Below, piece by piece: positions 11,701 through 24,357 of a DNA stretch of 64,000 bases; within the stretch, counting starts at the first letter, position 1; every line of letters begins with the position of its first letter. Under the pieces are notes generated by a model. It saw only the letters and a program-made list of their open reading frames with translations. It searched no databases and was not told where the DNA came from. Made by a program: the position numbers and the translations under genes. Source of the DNA: Mustelus asterias (taxonomy: Eukaryota). The DNA lies in the NCBI RefSeq assembly GCF_964213995.1, contig NW_027590213.1:248001-312000 (forward strand), given 5' to 3'.

Positions 11701-14700
11701 GAGAGAATGTCACTGTCTTCACCTCTCTCTCTGCCTCTCTGTATAAAAAAATCACCAAATTAAACCACACTCAGTAATGCGACCATACACAATTAATTAT
11801 CAAATATCTGTCTCTCTCACTTTATCTCTATCTCTCCCCGTCTCTCTCTCTCCCTGTTCTCTCTCTCCCTGTCTCTTCTAGAGCAGAAACAGGTGGAGAC
11901 AGAGAGGCAGGGAGAGAGAGGAAGAGGGAGGGATGGAAACAGCTGGAGTTGTGGGTTAGATGCAGGGGGAGAGACACAGGCTGTTAGAGGGAGGGGGGTT
12001 TTCAGTGAGGGACAGGGTCTCCAGTTTAATTCTGAGGGTCCTGAGAGAGGGATTTCACTGTCTCAGCCCCTCTTTGGCTCCCTCACTCTGTATAAACAAT
12101 TCCCAAATTTAAAAAACGCTCAACACAGCTGACTGTGCTTTGTGGGATCTTGCTGTGCACCACAGGGATTTTATTTTTAAAAAGGGTTACTTTTAAGAGG
12201 GAGTTCCAGCCTTTCTGGAGATTTGGGATGATGCAGACACACACACACAGGGTAGTGAGTGGGGAAGGGGGGTCACAGCAGGCGAGAGAGTGGGGGGGAG
12301 GGGGGGGAGGACTGTGTCCCATCTGATTCAGGTTCACATGGCTGCTGCTGCTGCTGTGGGATCTTGCTGTGCACACACTGGGCCTGTGGCCTTTGCCTGC
12401 ACTGCAACAACGACCACACTTTATTAAACTAAATCTGGCTCAGGGACCGCAAAGTGTGTTCAAGGAAAAAGCTTGAAAAGGGGTCGGGTAAATTCAAGCA
12501 CTTTAATCGCCAAGGCATCGTAGGCTCTGGAGCAGGTGCTGGGGAATGGGAGGAGGATAGATTGGGATTTGATGGCCAACATGGAGCTGGTGGGCCGAAG
12601 GGCCTGTTTCTGTGCTGTGTGACTCCAGATTCTTTTCTCTCTCTCTTTTCCCAGGAATTTCTATTTGGATGGGGGGGTGGGTATAGAATTTCCCTGTCTC
12701 TGTCTCTCCAGTATTCTTACCAATCCCAGCACCCCTCCCCTCTCTCTCTCCCCAGACATTCCTGTCTATATTTCATCTTTCAATAAAATGTTTAAGAAAA
12801 CACCAATGTGAATTGTTGCCAATTTAATTTGGGAAGAGAGAGAGAGTGGATCCCATTTCCCACACACTCTCCTGCAGTCCTCACCCACAACATTTATTTA
12901 ATCTGGCCCTCACCAGGTTGTGTGTGTGTGTGTGGGATCTGGCTATGCACACAGGTGGGTCTGGCTCCCTATTCCTCGCACTGTGACCGTGAGCAGAACT
13001 TTAAACAGGAAAGATTGAGGGGAAGGAGAAGGGTTGGGGAGGCGGAGGAGGCAGAGAGAGAGATAGAGAAATGGAGGGAGAGCTAAACAGAGAGGGTGTG
13101 GGGGGGGGGTGAGAGGGTCTCAGCAGGGGCAGGGGGAAAGAGACACAGAGTCTGGGGCTGCCCTCCTCCATCGTGGGACTGGCAGTGGGATCTTGCTGTG
13201 CAGAATTACCTTCATTGTCATTTGAATCATTCATTCATTGACTAAGGGAGGGTGGGGGTGTGATTGTGGGATTATAAATATTGTTACCACTCTGAGGTGA
13301 TGTTTCCCTCTGCGCTATTTTGTAACCCCCCCAAAGGGATACACCTCGCCTCGTAATATTAAGTAAGTGTGTGTGAGACAGGAGGAAGCTACTGGTTTTA
13401 GACAGATGTGCAGAAGGAGGCCATTCGGCCCATCTAGTCTGTACCGACCACAATCCCAACCAGGCCCTATTCCCATGACCCCACACTTTTAACCTGCTAA
13501 TCCCCCTGACACTGGGGTCAATTTAACACGGCCAATCCACCCAACCCGCACAGCTTTGTGCTGTGGGAGGAATTGGTAAATTAAAGCAGGATCTGACACT
13601 CTCTGTATCAGGAACAACTAACAGGTCTTTAATTTAGACTGGGTGACAACCTTATTAAAACAATGAACAAACTGAATAAACTCCCCAGTAGAATGCTGTT
13701 CCAATGACAAGACTCACTCAGGAATAATGAAATAAATCATTACAGAATAGAGTCACCCTCAAATAATATAATACCAGGCGTCTGTTGGAAGTGTGAACTT
13801 TCTTCTGCTGCTTGGGTCTGGAATAGTTTCTGAGTTGGTTTCTGCTTCTATTTAGATGCTGATGTGATGAAGCTGTATATATTACTGCAGGATTCAGTAT
13901 CAGACTCTCCCTCCTTCAATCTAAAGAGGCAGCAAGGTCGCTCCCTCCCCGTTATTTCCCCCTGTCCCGGGTTTAAATACCCAGAATTTCCTCACAGTAT
14001 TCCTGCAATTTGAGTGGCTTGAGGCTGTCACCAACGCCCCAATTTGAATGCAATTGGTTGTGTGTGTTTGAGAGCTTGTTTTAAAATCATTCACCCAATT
14101 CAAAGCCTGTTTTGCTCTGCTGGGACTCTGGCTGCTGCTTTGGACACAAATGTTGTAAAGTTGTCTTCTGCAGCCCTGCTTTCTGCAGTTTAAAATCCCC
14201 AGCACAAAGATACAGGCTTTCTAAAGACACAACGCTGGATGGTTCGTTTTGGTTTTCTCAGCATTTCTTTTCAATATTTACATTTGTCAAACACCACATT
14301 TTTAACCTTATATATGCAACTTCATAACCATATTGGACAGGGAGAGAGAGAGTGGGAGAGACAGAGAGAAAGTCACACAAAGAGAGAGGGAGAGAGAGAC
14401 AGAGAGAGAGAGAAAGTCACATGGAGTAATGAGGATGGGGCCTGGATGTGAATGTGGTCGGTGTAGACCTGATGGGCCGAATGGGCCTCCTTCTGTACTG
14501 TAGGGTCCTATTATTCTGTAATGGGGGCTGCGTGCGGTGTGAGGGGAGGGTGGAAGGGGACAGGGGGTGGGGGCAGCACTGGTTCCCTTTTCCCCCCCTC
14601 CCTCCTCCCAGGCCCTGTCCGGGAGGTTTCGGGGCTGGAGGGGATTGTTCTGGTTGACTGGCCGGGGCCTGGGGAACCTGTTCTTTGTCCAGGATGTATA

Positions 14701-14840
14701 ATGCAGCCTCTGTGACCAGGCCTCAATCCCAGGCCTAACCTCAGGAAGGCTTTTGCATTTTGCTCCTTTTCCAAACAGTGCCTGTGTTTAAATCGATGGG
14801 ACTCGACGGTCGAATAAAACCTGCAGCAGACACTTTAATA

Positions 14841-15292
14841 CAAAGAACAGCACAGCACAGGAACAGGTCCTTTGGCCCTCCAAGCCTGCGCCGATCATGT
14901 TTCCCTATCGAGACCAATGGCCTGTAACCCTCTATACCCCGTTTGTTCATGTGTCTATCCAGATAAATCTTAAATGTCACTAATGTATCTGCCTCAACCA
15001 CCTCACTTGGCAGCGCATTCCAGGCCCCCACCACCCTCTGTGTAAAAACCTTCCCCGCACATCTCCACTCAACCTTTCCCCCTTATCTTGAACTTGTTCC
15101 CCTTGTAATTATCATTTCTGTCCTGGGAAAAAGCTCCCAACTGTTCATCCTCGCCACACCCCTCGTAATTTTATAAACTTCCAGCTGGTCGTCCCTCAGC
15201 CTCCGTCTTTCCAGGGAGAACAATCCCAGTTTATTCAATCACTCCTCACAGCCAATACCCTCCATACCAGGCAACATCCTGGTCAACCCTTT
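14841..15292 (-). mobile_element. CR1 LINE 3' fragment
   Basis: Translation VGAWNALPSEVVEADTL..FKIYLDRHM is the CR1 ORF2 C-terminus, followed by the CR1 3' UTR and tail. Confidence 0.85.
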
Positions 15293-17625
15293 CATTGGAT
15301 TTGGGATGTGATTGTGGGTTTTCCTGCTATATCTCTTTCTCTTCAATCTTTCTCCCGTGATTGAGAGTTATCAGGGAGGGAGAGAGAGAGAAAGGGATGG
15401 TAACAGAGAGAGAGAGAGAGAGAGAAAGGGATGGTAACAGAGAGAGAGAGAGAGAGAGAGCAAAGGCAGAGAGGCAGGGAGAGGAGAGAGATTGGAGGGG
15501 AGTGGGTTAGCGGGTGGGGGAGGGGGAGCCTCCGCTGTGCACTCACAGCCCAGCCAGCTCCCCAGTCTCTGGTTAGGTGCATTAACCCACTCTGGCGCAT
15601 TAACAGGCGCCAGAGTGTGGCGACTAGGAGAATTTCACAGTAACTTCATTGCAGTGTTAATGTAAGCCTTACTTGTGACTAAGAAATAAACTTTACTTTA
15701 TACTTTACTCTGAGATAAAGACCCTCACTCACAGCCTCCCAGAAGGTGGGATTTATAAACAGCGACTGTGTAACTGAGGCTGAATCTGTGCTGTTGTGTT
15801 TGAAAATATATTTTCCTCATATTTGATGTGTTGTAAAGATATTGGAATGTGGCTGCTACCACATTGCAGTGAGAGAGAGATGTAGCTTTGCAGAAGGAGC
15901 TTCCCTCCCCATTTCCCCATGGAAATCACTGAGAAATAGCAGACGTGGCCCACAACACGTCATTATTTGAAACGGTCAGACAGAAACTTATCAGAGAGAG
16001 CATTTTAATCCCCATTCATCCCCAGATGGAGAAACAGAGCAGAGATCAGGACAGATTATCCAGAGTAGGAGAGACCGGGGCAGAGATGGGGTATTGGATA
16101 TATATATATAGATCTGGGGGGAAAGAAAAAGAGACACAGAGGGGGCTGGACAGGTTCAGAGATAGAGGCAGAGAAACGGGCAGAGAGAAAGAAACAGCGA
16201 GAGACAGAGGGAATGGGAGAGAGAGGTGTGACTGTGCTCGGAGTGGAAGGTTCCCTGTTCATATCGAATATACAAACAGCCCCAATCCTGGAGTGACTCA
16301 TTATTTTTATTTGGGGTGGGGGAGAGATGGAGGGGGGGGGGGAGCGAGGGAGAGAGAGGGAGAAGTGTGGTTCCCTCATTGCCCACTCACTTTAGCCCAA
16401 TCCTCACTTAAAATATCACTTTGTATCTGGCCCTGCTCAGACTGTGTGTGGGATCTTGCTGTGCCCTCCTCCCCACCCCATATTCCCTGCACTGTGACAG
16501 CGCCCCACACTTTAAACATGAAAAGATGGAGAGGAAGGAGGGTGGGGTAGAGAGAGAGGAACAGAGAATGGGTGGGGAGTGTCGGGGGCTCAGTGGAGGG
16601 GGGTAGGGGGATAGAGACAGAGGCTCTGGGGGTGGAGGGGGAGGTGGGTGTCCTCCTGCAGTGTGGGACTCCCTGTGGATCCTGATTGCAGCATTCCCAG
16701 TCTCTCTCTCTCCCTTTCACTGTGAAGCACTCGGGAGGGAGAGGGAGCTGAAATTCAAATTCCTGAGCCTGGGGGAAAGGCTTGTTCTCAATCCCACAGT
16801 CCTGCTTGTGTTTTTAGACAGGGCGCTGGGATTTGTGGGTGTGGATGGAGAAGATTGTTCTGTTTAACTGGGGGGTGGGAGAGAGGGGGGTTTGTTCTTT
16901 CTACCTGAGGAATAATGCAGCCTCTGTGACGAGACCGCACTTCATGGCCTAAATCTCAGCAGCACTTTTGCATTCGCTTAATTCCCCAACAGGGTTTAAG
17001 TGGCTGAATTCAATGGTTCAATAAAATGTGAAGCAGCCGCTTCAGGGTGGGATTGTGGATTTTCCTGCCCGACTTGCCCCCTCTCATTTCCCTTTTGATT
17101 GTGAGTTTTATTTTAAACGGTCAGACAGAAACTTAGAGAGAGCATTTCAATCCAGATTCACCTCGAGGTAGAGAAACAGAGCAGAGATCAGGACAGGTTA
17201 TCCAGAGACGGGGTATTGGACAGATATAGATCTGGGGGAAGTGTGTAGGAGACGGAGAGGGAGAAACAGAGGGGGGGCGGGGGGGGGAGAGGTGACTGAT
17301 AGAAGTGGGAACTTCATTGGGGCCTCCTGTGTTTATTCACTGGCCTGTCTCTGGAGTAAAGCCCCCAGAATGCTTTGATGTGTTTAATAAATTCAATATC
17401 GGGACAGTCAGGAGGCAGTTGGAAGTTCATTGCATTTGAAACGTGTTCCCATTTTGTCAGGGTTTAATAATGAGGAGGTGAAAATGAATGTTTCCCCCAC
17501 CCCCCCCAGTGAGATTGTGAATTTCAGCAAGTCCTGGGATCTTGCTGTGCCTTTTATTGTTTTTAATCAGCTTTTGTTTTGTGTTTAATCAAATTTCACT
17601 TTATTTTCTCTTTCTCTCTTCCAAG

Positions 17626-17794
17626 GAGAATTCCTTTGGAAACTTTGGCGATGCAGAGAGCGAATAGTTTTGCCATGAGGAATCCTCGGACAAGAGCTAT
17701 AACCAGAGAGAAAAATATTAATAAAAGTCCCCGTGTCTTTGTCGTTCATTTTTATACACAGATAGACTGGTGGGGCTTTTACACTGAGGGTTAG
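17626..17794 (+). other. Candidate terminal exon related to the B exons
   Basis: Polypyrimidine tract + ccaAG at 17621-17625. Shares GAATCCT(C/T)GGACAAG (NPRTR vs NPWTR) in the same phase; AATAAA at ~17719. Confidence 0.3.
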
Positions 17795-20166
17795 TGGTCT
17801 GTGTGTCAGGGGGAGGGGGTATTCCCAGTGATCCCTGCTCCAATGTAATCCCACAGATTTCAATCCCTCTCCCTGAAGCTCTGTCTGTGCAACTCCCCCA
17901 TCCTCAGAACTGTTTCTCCACATCTTTCCAATCCCTGTCTCTCCTCATCCTTTATACCTCAGCCTCTCACAATGGCAGCATCTTTCCCCTGTCTTTCACT
18001 CTCTCTGAAACGTTGTCACTCTGTCTTGCCAAAGCCCCACTTTCTATTTATCTCCACATCTCACTTTGTATCTCAGCCTCTCTGGACATCTCCCTCTCTC
18101 TCTCTGTGGATCATTTTATCTCAATCACAGCAGCCTCCTCTCCGTCTCTCTCTCTATCTCTGCTCCCCCCTCTGTCTATCTCTGCTCCCTCTCTGTGACT
18201 CATTCTGTCTGAAGTACAGCAGCATTCTCTCTCACTCCCCATCTCTATATCTTTTCACAATAACTTCATTGCAGTGTTAATGTAAGCCTACTTGTGATTA
18301 ACAAATAAAATTTTAACTTTAACTCTACTTTTGTCTCTTATCTCTCTCTCTATCGCTTCCCTCTCTCTATCTGCTTCCCCCTCTCTCTGATCTCTGCTTC
18401 CCCCTCTGTGAATCAGTCTGAATTACAGTCGCATCCTCCCCATCTCCATCTCTCTGATCTCTGCTTCCCCCTCTCTGTGAATCATTCTGTCTGAATTACA
18501 GCAGCATTCTCTCTATCTCCATCTCTATATCTCTGCTTCTCTGTCTCTTATATCTCTCTCTCTGCTCTCTCGTGGGGGACGGGCCAGATCACGGGTTTGC
18601 TGTTCACAAGCAGCAAAGGCCCAGGAACGCAGAGGGAGGGAATCAGGGGCAATTCAGAGGGATCCAGCACTGCTGAAAGGGGGGAGTGTGTAATACAGGG
18701 GCTTGTTCAGAGCCGGGGCTATTAGACAGAGAGGGAAGGGGCCGGTGGGGGAGGCTGTTGTACAAGAGCGGGAAAAATTATAACACAGGCTGACCAGAGT
18801 CAGGGGTTATCAGAGAAAGGGGGCAATGGAGGAGGGGAGGGGGAATCAGACAGGGGGTCTGTTGTACAGGATGGGGGTGGGGGATGTTATAACACAGGCT
18901 GCTCAGTGTCAAGGGAATTAGTCATTTGAACGTTAATGTTTAAAATGGGCAGAGTTTCCACATCCAACTCCACCAGGAGCTGTTTACAGGGGGGTGGTGG
19001 ACGGGGATGGACGCGCGGAGGGGGGGGGGTACTAATTAGAAAGGGGGGGATCTGTCAGTCCAGAGGCTGTTCACAGGGAGGGAGTGGGAATTTGCCAGGT
19101 TGAGAGGGGCGGGGGGGGGGGGGGAAAGAGGGGAACTTAGAGGGATACGGGGCTCAGAGGGAAGGATCGGGAGATTTAGAGGGATTGTGAGGAGGGACGA
19201 CAGATTTGGCTGGAGTGGGGGGGGGGGATTGAGGAGGATTAAAGGGGGAGAGTGGAGAGGGATGTAGGGGGAGACTCAGGGATTGTGGTCGGGAATTAGA
19301 GGGATTCAGGGAGATTTAAGGGTCTCATGGGGACTTTGGGATTTAGCGGGGCTGAGAGGGAGGGAATCGGGGGGAATTCGGGAAGAGGGGGCTCAGAGGG
19401 GGATTTCTGGGGTTCTGAAGGATACAGGAGGGATTGGGGGGTTTACGGGGATTAAAAGACATGGTTTGGTGCTCAGACAGATAGAAGGGGTGGGATTGGA
19501 GAGGGAGCAGGATTCGGGGGCAGAGGAATGTGGCGAGGGTGGGTGCGATCTCGGGAGACATTCAGGGGGGATTCCAGAGGAATCTCAGGGGCTTAGAATC
19601 TGGGGAGGGTCTGGATGGGGTAGGGAGTCAGAGGGAGTTAGCAGGGGGGCGAGTCGGGGTGGAGGGAAAGGGATTGAGGGCGGGGTGGATTTATAGGGAT
19701 TTGGGAGGGGGGAAATTCAGAGAGGGATTTAGGGTGGGGCCTTGCATCAGGGTTAGAATTGGGGGGGTGTCGAGCGATTCGGAGTGGGGGGGGTGACTCA
19801 GAGGGATTCAGGGGTGGGGAGGACTGAGGAAGGATTGGGTGGCTTGATTTTGGCAGGGGGGGGGGGCAAAGGGAGCCTTTGGGGGGGGGGCTGAGGATTT
19901 GGGGCAGGAACTTGGAGGATTCAGGGGGCTGAGAGTCAGATTGGCAGTGGGTGTCAGAGAGATTGAGCGGGGGGAGGGGGTGCTTACAGAGTCGGATTAA
20001 AGCAGATCGTGCAGAGGGACAGGGAATCAGGTGGGGGAAAGAGGAGTTTTGGGGGGGAATTAGTGGAGATTGAGGGCAGCGGGTTGAGAAGGATTGGGAG
20101 TGGCTCAGAGGGCTTTGGCGGTGAGTTCCTGAGAGAGAGTGAGTGGGGGGTGATTAGAGTGGGATT

Positions 20167-20658
20167 GGGGGGGCAATTCGGGGGGGGCGGGCAATTCGGG
20201 GGCGGGCAATTCGGGGGGGCGGGCAATTCGGGGGGGCGGGCAATTCGGGGGGCGGGCAATTCGGGGGGGCGGGCAATTCGGGGGGGCGGGCAATTCGGGG
20301 GGGCGGGCAATTCGGGGGGGCGGGCAATTCGGGGGGGCGGGCAATTCGGGGGGGCGGGCAATTCGGGGGGGCGGGCAATTCGGGGGGGCGGGCAATTCGG
20401 GGGGGCGGGCAATTCGGGGGGGCGGGCAATTCGGGGGGGCGGGCAATTCGGGGGGGCGGGCAATTCGGGGGGGCGGGCAATTCGGGGGGGCGGGCAATTC
20501 GGGGGGGCGGGCAATTCGGGGGGGGCGGGCAATTCGGGGGGGCGGGCAATTCGGGGGGGCGGGCAATTCGGGGGGGCGGGCAATTCGGGGGGGGGCAATT
20601 CGGGGGGGGGCAATTCGGGGGGGGGGCAATTCGGGGGGGGGCAATTCGGGGGGGGGGG
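20167..20658. repeat. GC-rich minisatellite, 17-bp unit GGGCAATTCGGGGGGGC
   Basis: About 28 near-perfect copies at the end of a 2-kb G-skewed tract. The Pro/Gly-rich ORFs here are artefacts. Confidence 0.97.
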
Positions 20659-20713
20659 AAACGTATTGTTTCTTGCGCGCTATACAAACAAAGCATACCG
20701 CACATAGAGAACA

Positions 20714-20795
20714 GTAAGAAGGCTCAAAACGCCAGGTTAAGGTTTATTTGGAATCACGAGCTTTCGGAGCGCTGCTCCTTCATTACGTGAGTGGA
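20714..20795 (-). mobile_element. Penelope-like element terminus with mutated hammerhead core
   Basis: Minus strand: tcac-gtaatga-aggagc agc gctcc-gaaa-gctc-gtga ttccaaataaacc. Same family as 56641-56735, but the CTGANGA box is mutated. Confidence 0.6.
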
Positions 20796-21039
20796 AAGGT
20801 AGGTTTCACAAACACGGCATTACACGCACATAGAGAAGGAAATGAGAGATTGCAGAATGTAATGTTACAGTCATAGCTAGGGTGTAGAGAAAGATCAATT
20901 TAATTAAAACATTGTTATAGATTTCAAAAGAATTAGAATAGAGTTTTAGAAGCAAAGACCGAGAGTAAAAGATAACATCAGAGAGATGCGGGGCACAGCA
21001 TGCAATAAGTCGCTATGGTCCGACGCCATCCTGATTTTT

Positions 21040-22090
21040 TTTGGTTTGTCTCTGTGTTTATCTGAGAGTGTGTGTATGTTTGCTTTTGTCTGAGTATTTA
21101 TTAGTATGTGTCCGTATGTGCGACTTTGCTTGTGTCTATTTCTCTGAGATTGTGTGACTGTTTTTGCCTGAGTCCGTGTGTGTGTGTGTGTGTGTGTGGG
21201 TGTGTGCTTGTGTCTGTTTGATTGTCTGTTCATGTGTGTGTATGCGTGTGTATTATGCTGAAAGTGCGTGTCTGTGAGTTTACAACCTTGCCTATGTTGC
21301 TTGACTGAGATCATATGTGTGCCTATGTTGGACTGTGTGCGTGTGTTTCTGTGTGCGTGACTGTGTTTGCCTGGGTGTTTGTGTGTGTGTGTTGGTGCCT
21401 ACGTGTTTTTCTGTGATTGTATGTATGCCTGAGTGTTTGACTGAGTGCTTATGTGTTTGTCTCTAAGTGTGTGTGTTTTGTCTGAGAGATTGTGTGTATC
21501 TGTGTGTTTGCGTCAGAGTGAATTTGTATGTGTGTGCCTGTGTGTTCGTTTGATAGTACAGCTGTGTGTGGGTCTGTGTGTGTATATTTGCCAGCGAGTG
21601 TGTCTGTGTGTGTGCATGCATGTCTGAGAGTGTATGTTTTCTTTGTCTGAATTTTTCTCTGTATATGGCTGTGTGCAAGAGTTTGCTTGTGTGTGTTTGT
21701 CTGAGTGTGTTCTTGTGATTGTATCTTTGTCTGTGAGTGTGTGTGTGCCTGTGTTTTTCTGAGCGTTTCTCTGTGTTTGCGAGTTTTCCTGTGTCTGTTC
21801 GTCTCAGAAATAAGTGTGCCTGCATTTGCCTGTGTGTTTGCGTGTATGTTTTCTGTACTTTTCTAAATGCGTGTGTGTGTTTGTGTCTGTGTGTGCATGT
21901 ATTTGTCTGACAGCGTGTCTGTGTGTCTGAAAGAGAGAGAAAGTATGTGTGTGCCTGTGGGTGCGTGCGTGTGTTTGTCTGAGCGAGTATATCTGTGTAT
22001 GGGCCTGTGTGTGCGAGTTTGCCTGTATCGATTTTTGTGAGATCCTGTGTGTGTGTTTCTGTGTGTGTGTGCTCGTGACTGTTTCCTAGA
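21040..22090. repeat. Degenerate (TG)n-rich low-complexity tract
   Basis: TG-rich decayed microsatellite; a similar tract lies at 27190-27930. Confidence 0.85.
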
Positions 22091-22091
22091 A

Positions 22092-22424
22092 ATCATAGAA
22101 ACCCTTCAGTACAGAAAGAGGCCATTCGGCCCATCGAGTCTGCACCGAACACAATCCCACCCAGGCCCTACCCCCACATCCCTAACCCGCTAATCCCTCT
22201 AATCTACGCATCTCAGGACACTAAGGGGCAATTTTTAGCATGGCCAATTAACCTAACCCGCATATCTTTGGACTGTGGGAGGAAACCGGAGCACCCGGAG
22301 GAAACCCACGCAGATACAAGGAGAATGTGCAAACTCCACACAGACAGTGACCCAAGCTGGGAATCGAACCCAGGTCCCTGGAGCTGTGAAGCAGCAGTGC
22401 CAACCACGACGCTACGGTGCCGCC
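22092..22424 (-). mobile_element. HE1-type SINE
   Basis: Same head, body and tail as 6027-6372. Confidence 0.9.
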
Positions 22425-22694
22425 CATTTGTCTGTTTGTGTGTGTACGTTTGCGAGTTTGCTTGTGTCTGCTTGTCTCAGTGTGTTTTTCTGAATGTGTG
22501 TGTGTGTGCGTGTGTTGGTCTCGCATTGTGTGTGTGTGTGAACATTTGAAAAAAAGAAATGTATGATATACTTGGCATTATGGTGACATGGCTCCAAGGT
22601 TAGCAAGGATGGGAACTAAACATTGAGGGCCATTCGATGTTTAGGAAGGACAGACAGAAAGCAAAAAAATGGAGTACATTGTTTCTTAAAGCGG

Positions 22695-23007
22695 GGCGGC
22701 ACGGTGGCAGAGTGGTTAGCACTGCTGCCTCAATGGCAGGGTCCCGGGTACAATTCCGAACTCGGATCACTGCCTGTGTGGAGTTGGCACATTCTTCCCG
22801 TGTCTGCTTGGGTTTCCTCCGGGTGCCTCGGTTTCCTCCCACAGTCCAAAGATGTGTGGGTCAGCTTGATTGGCCATCCGAAATTGACCCTCGTGTCAGG
22901 GGATTGACAGGATAAATAATTTGGGTTACGGAAATAGGGCCGGGATTGTGGTCGGTGCAGACTCAATAATCCGAGTGGCCTCCTTCTGCACTGTAGGGAT
23001 CCTATGT
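22695..23007 (+). mobile_element. HE1-type SINE (diverged)
   Basis: ggcggcacggtggcagagtggttagcactgctgcctc... with the conserved body. Confidence 0.85.
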
Positions 23008-24357
23008 GATATTGAAGAAAGATATTAGCACAGCGGATGTGGAAGACTGGTAAGGGAACTGTGGCCAAGCCATCGCGTACAAGGGAAGAAGAAACATACA
23101 AATTGGTAAATAAATCCATCGACCTGAGAATTTGGAGCAGTTTCAATTCAGCACAAAAGGACCCAGGAATTGATTCGGAAGGGAAAAAATAGAGTGTGAA
23201 AGTAAGAAGGCGGGAAACATAACAAATAGTTGATCCATTTGTTTTCGAAAAAATATTTAGACTCTAAACTGGTCGCCACAGATTGGAGGGTAGCTAATAT
23301 ACGCCCGCCATTCAAAAAGGGAGGTAGAGAGAAATAGGGTGAACCATAAGGCAAAGAGCCGAACATTAGAACTAGGAAATTGCTCGAATCAATTATTAAG
23401 GATTTCATAACTCAGCATTTGGAAGGCAGTGGTAAAATCAGACGAAGTCAACATGGATTTGCAAAGGGGAAATCATGCTTGGCAAATCTATTGGAATTGT
23501 GTGAGAATGTAACTAGTAGAGGTGACCAAGGAAAACTGGTGGGTATGGGTTATTTAGACTTTAAAATGCTTTCGGCAAGGTCTCATATAGCGTACGACCA
23601 TAAAAGTGGCATGGATAGTGTATTGAGCTGGATAGAAAGCTGCTTAGCAGATAGGAAGCAAAGAGTTGGCAGAAATGAGTGTTTTTCCAATTGGCTGGTA
23701 GTGACCAGTGGGGTACCGCAGGGATCCACGCTAGGAGCCCAACTGTTCTTATTGTGTATAATTGATTTCAAAGAGGGAACTAAATGTGTTTTCTCCAATT
23801 TGCAGGTGACGCAAAGTTAGGTGAGAGGGTGAGCTCTGAGAAGGATGCAGCGATGCTTCAGCCTGATTTAAACAGGCAGAGTGAATGGACATATGCATCG
23901 AAGATGCAGTATAATGTGGGCAAATGCGAGATCATCCACTTCGGAGGCAACAATAGGACGGCAGATTATTATTTGGATAAATTGAGCGGTGAATATTCAG
24001 CGACAACTTGGCATCCATGTGTATTGGCGCTGAAAGAAAGCACCACAGGTTCAGCAGGCGGTAAAGAAGGCAAGTGGTATGTTGGCCTTCATAACGACAG
24101 GATTTGAGTATAAGGATAGGGATATTTTACTGCAATTTTACAGGGCGTTGGTGAGCCCACAACTGGAGTATTGTGTGCAGTGTTGGTGTCCTTATCTGAG
24201 GAAGGATGTCCTTACTGCAGAGCGAGGGCAGTGAAGATTTACCAGACTGATTCCTGGTCTGTCGTGTGAGGAGAGACGAAGTCAGTTAGGATTATATTAT
24301 TTGGAGTTTAGAAGAGTGAGAGGGAATCTCATAGAGACTGATAAAATTCTAAAAGTA

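Noticed and set aside
18560-20660. Ig class-switch region
   Set aside because: No dense AGCT pentamers and no adjacent IgH constant gene; canonical switch regions are not known in sharks.
19984-20707. Long Pro/Gly-rich ORFs (extensin/collagen-like)
   Set aside because: Translations of the 17-bp minisatellite, open in several frames on both strands.
22695-22760. tRNA genes
   Set aside because: The tRNA-like sequences are SINE heads.
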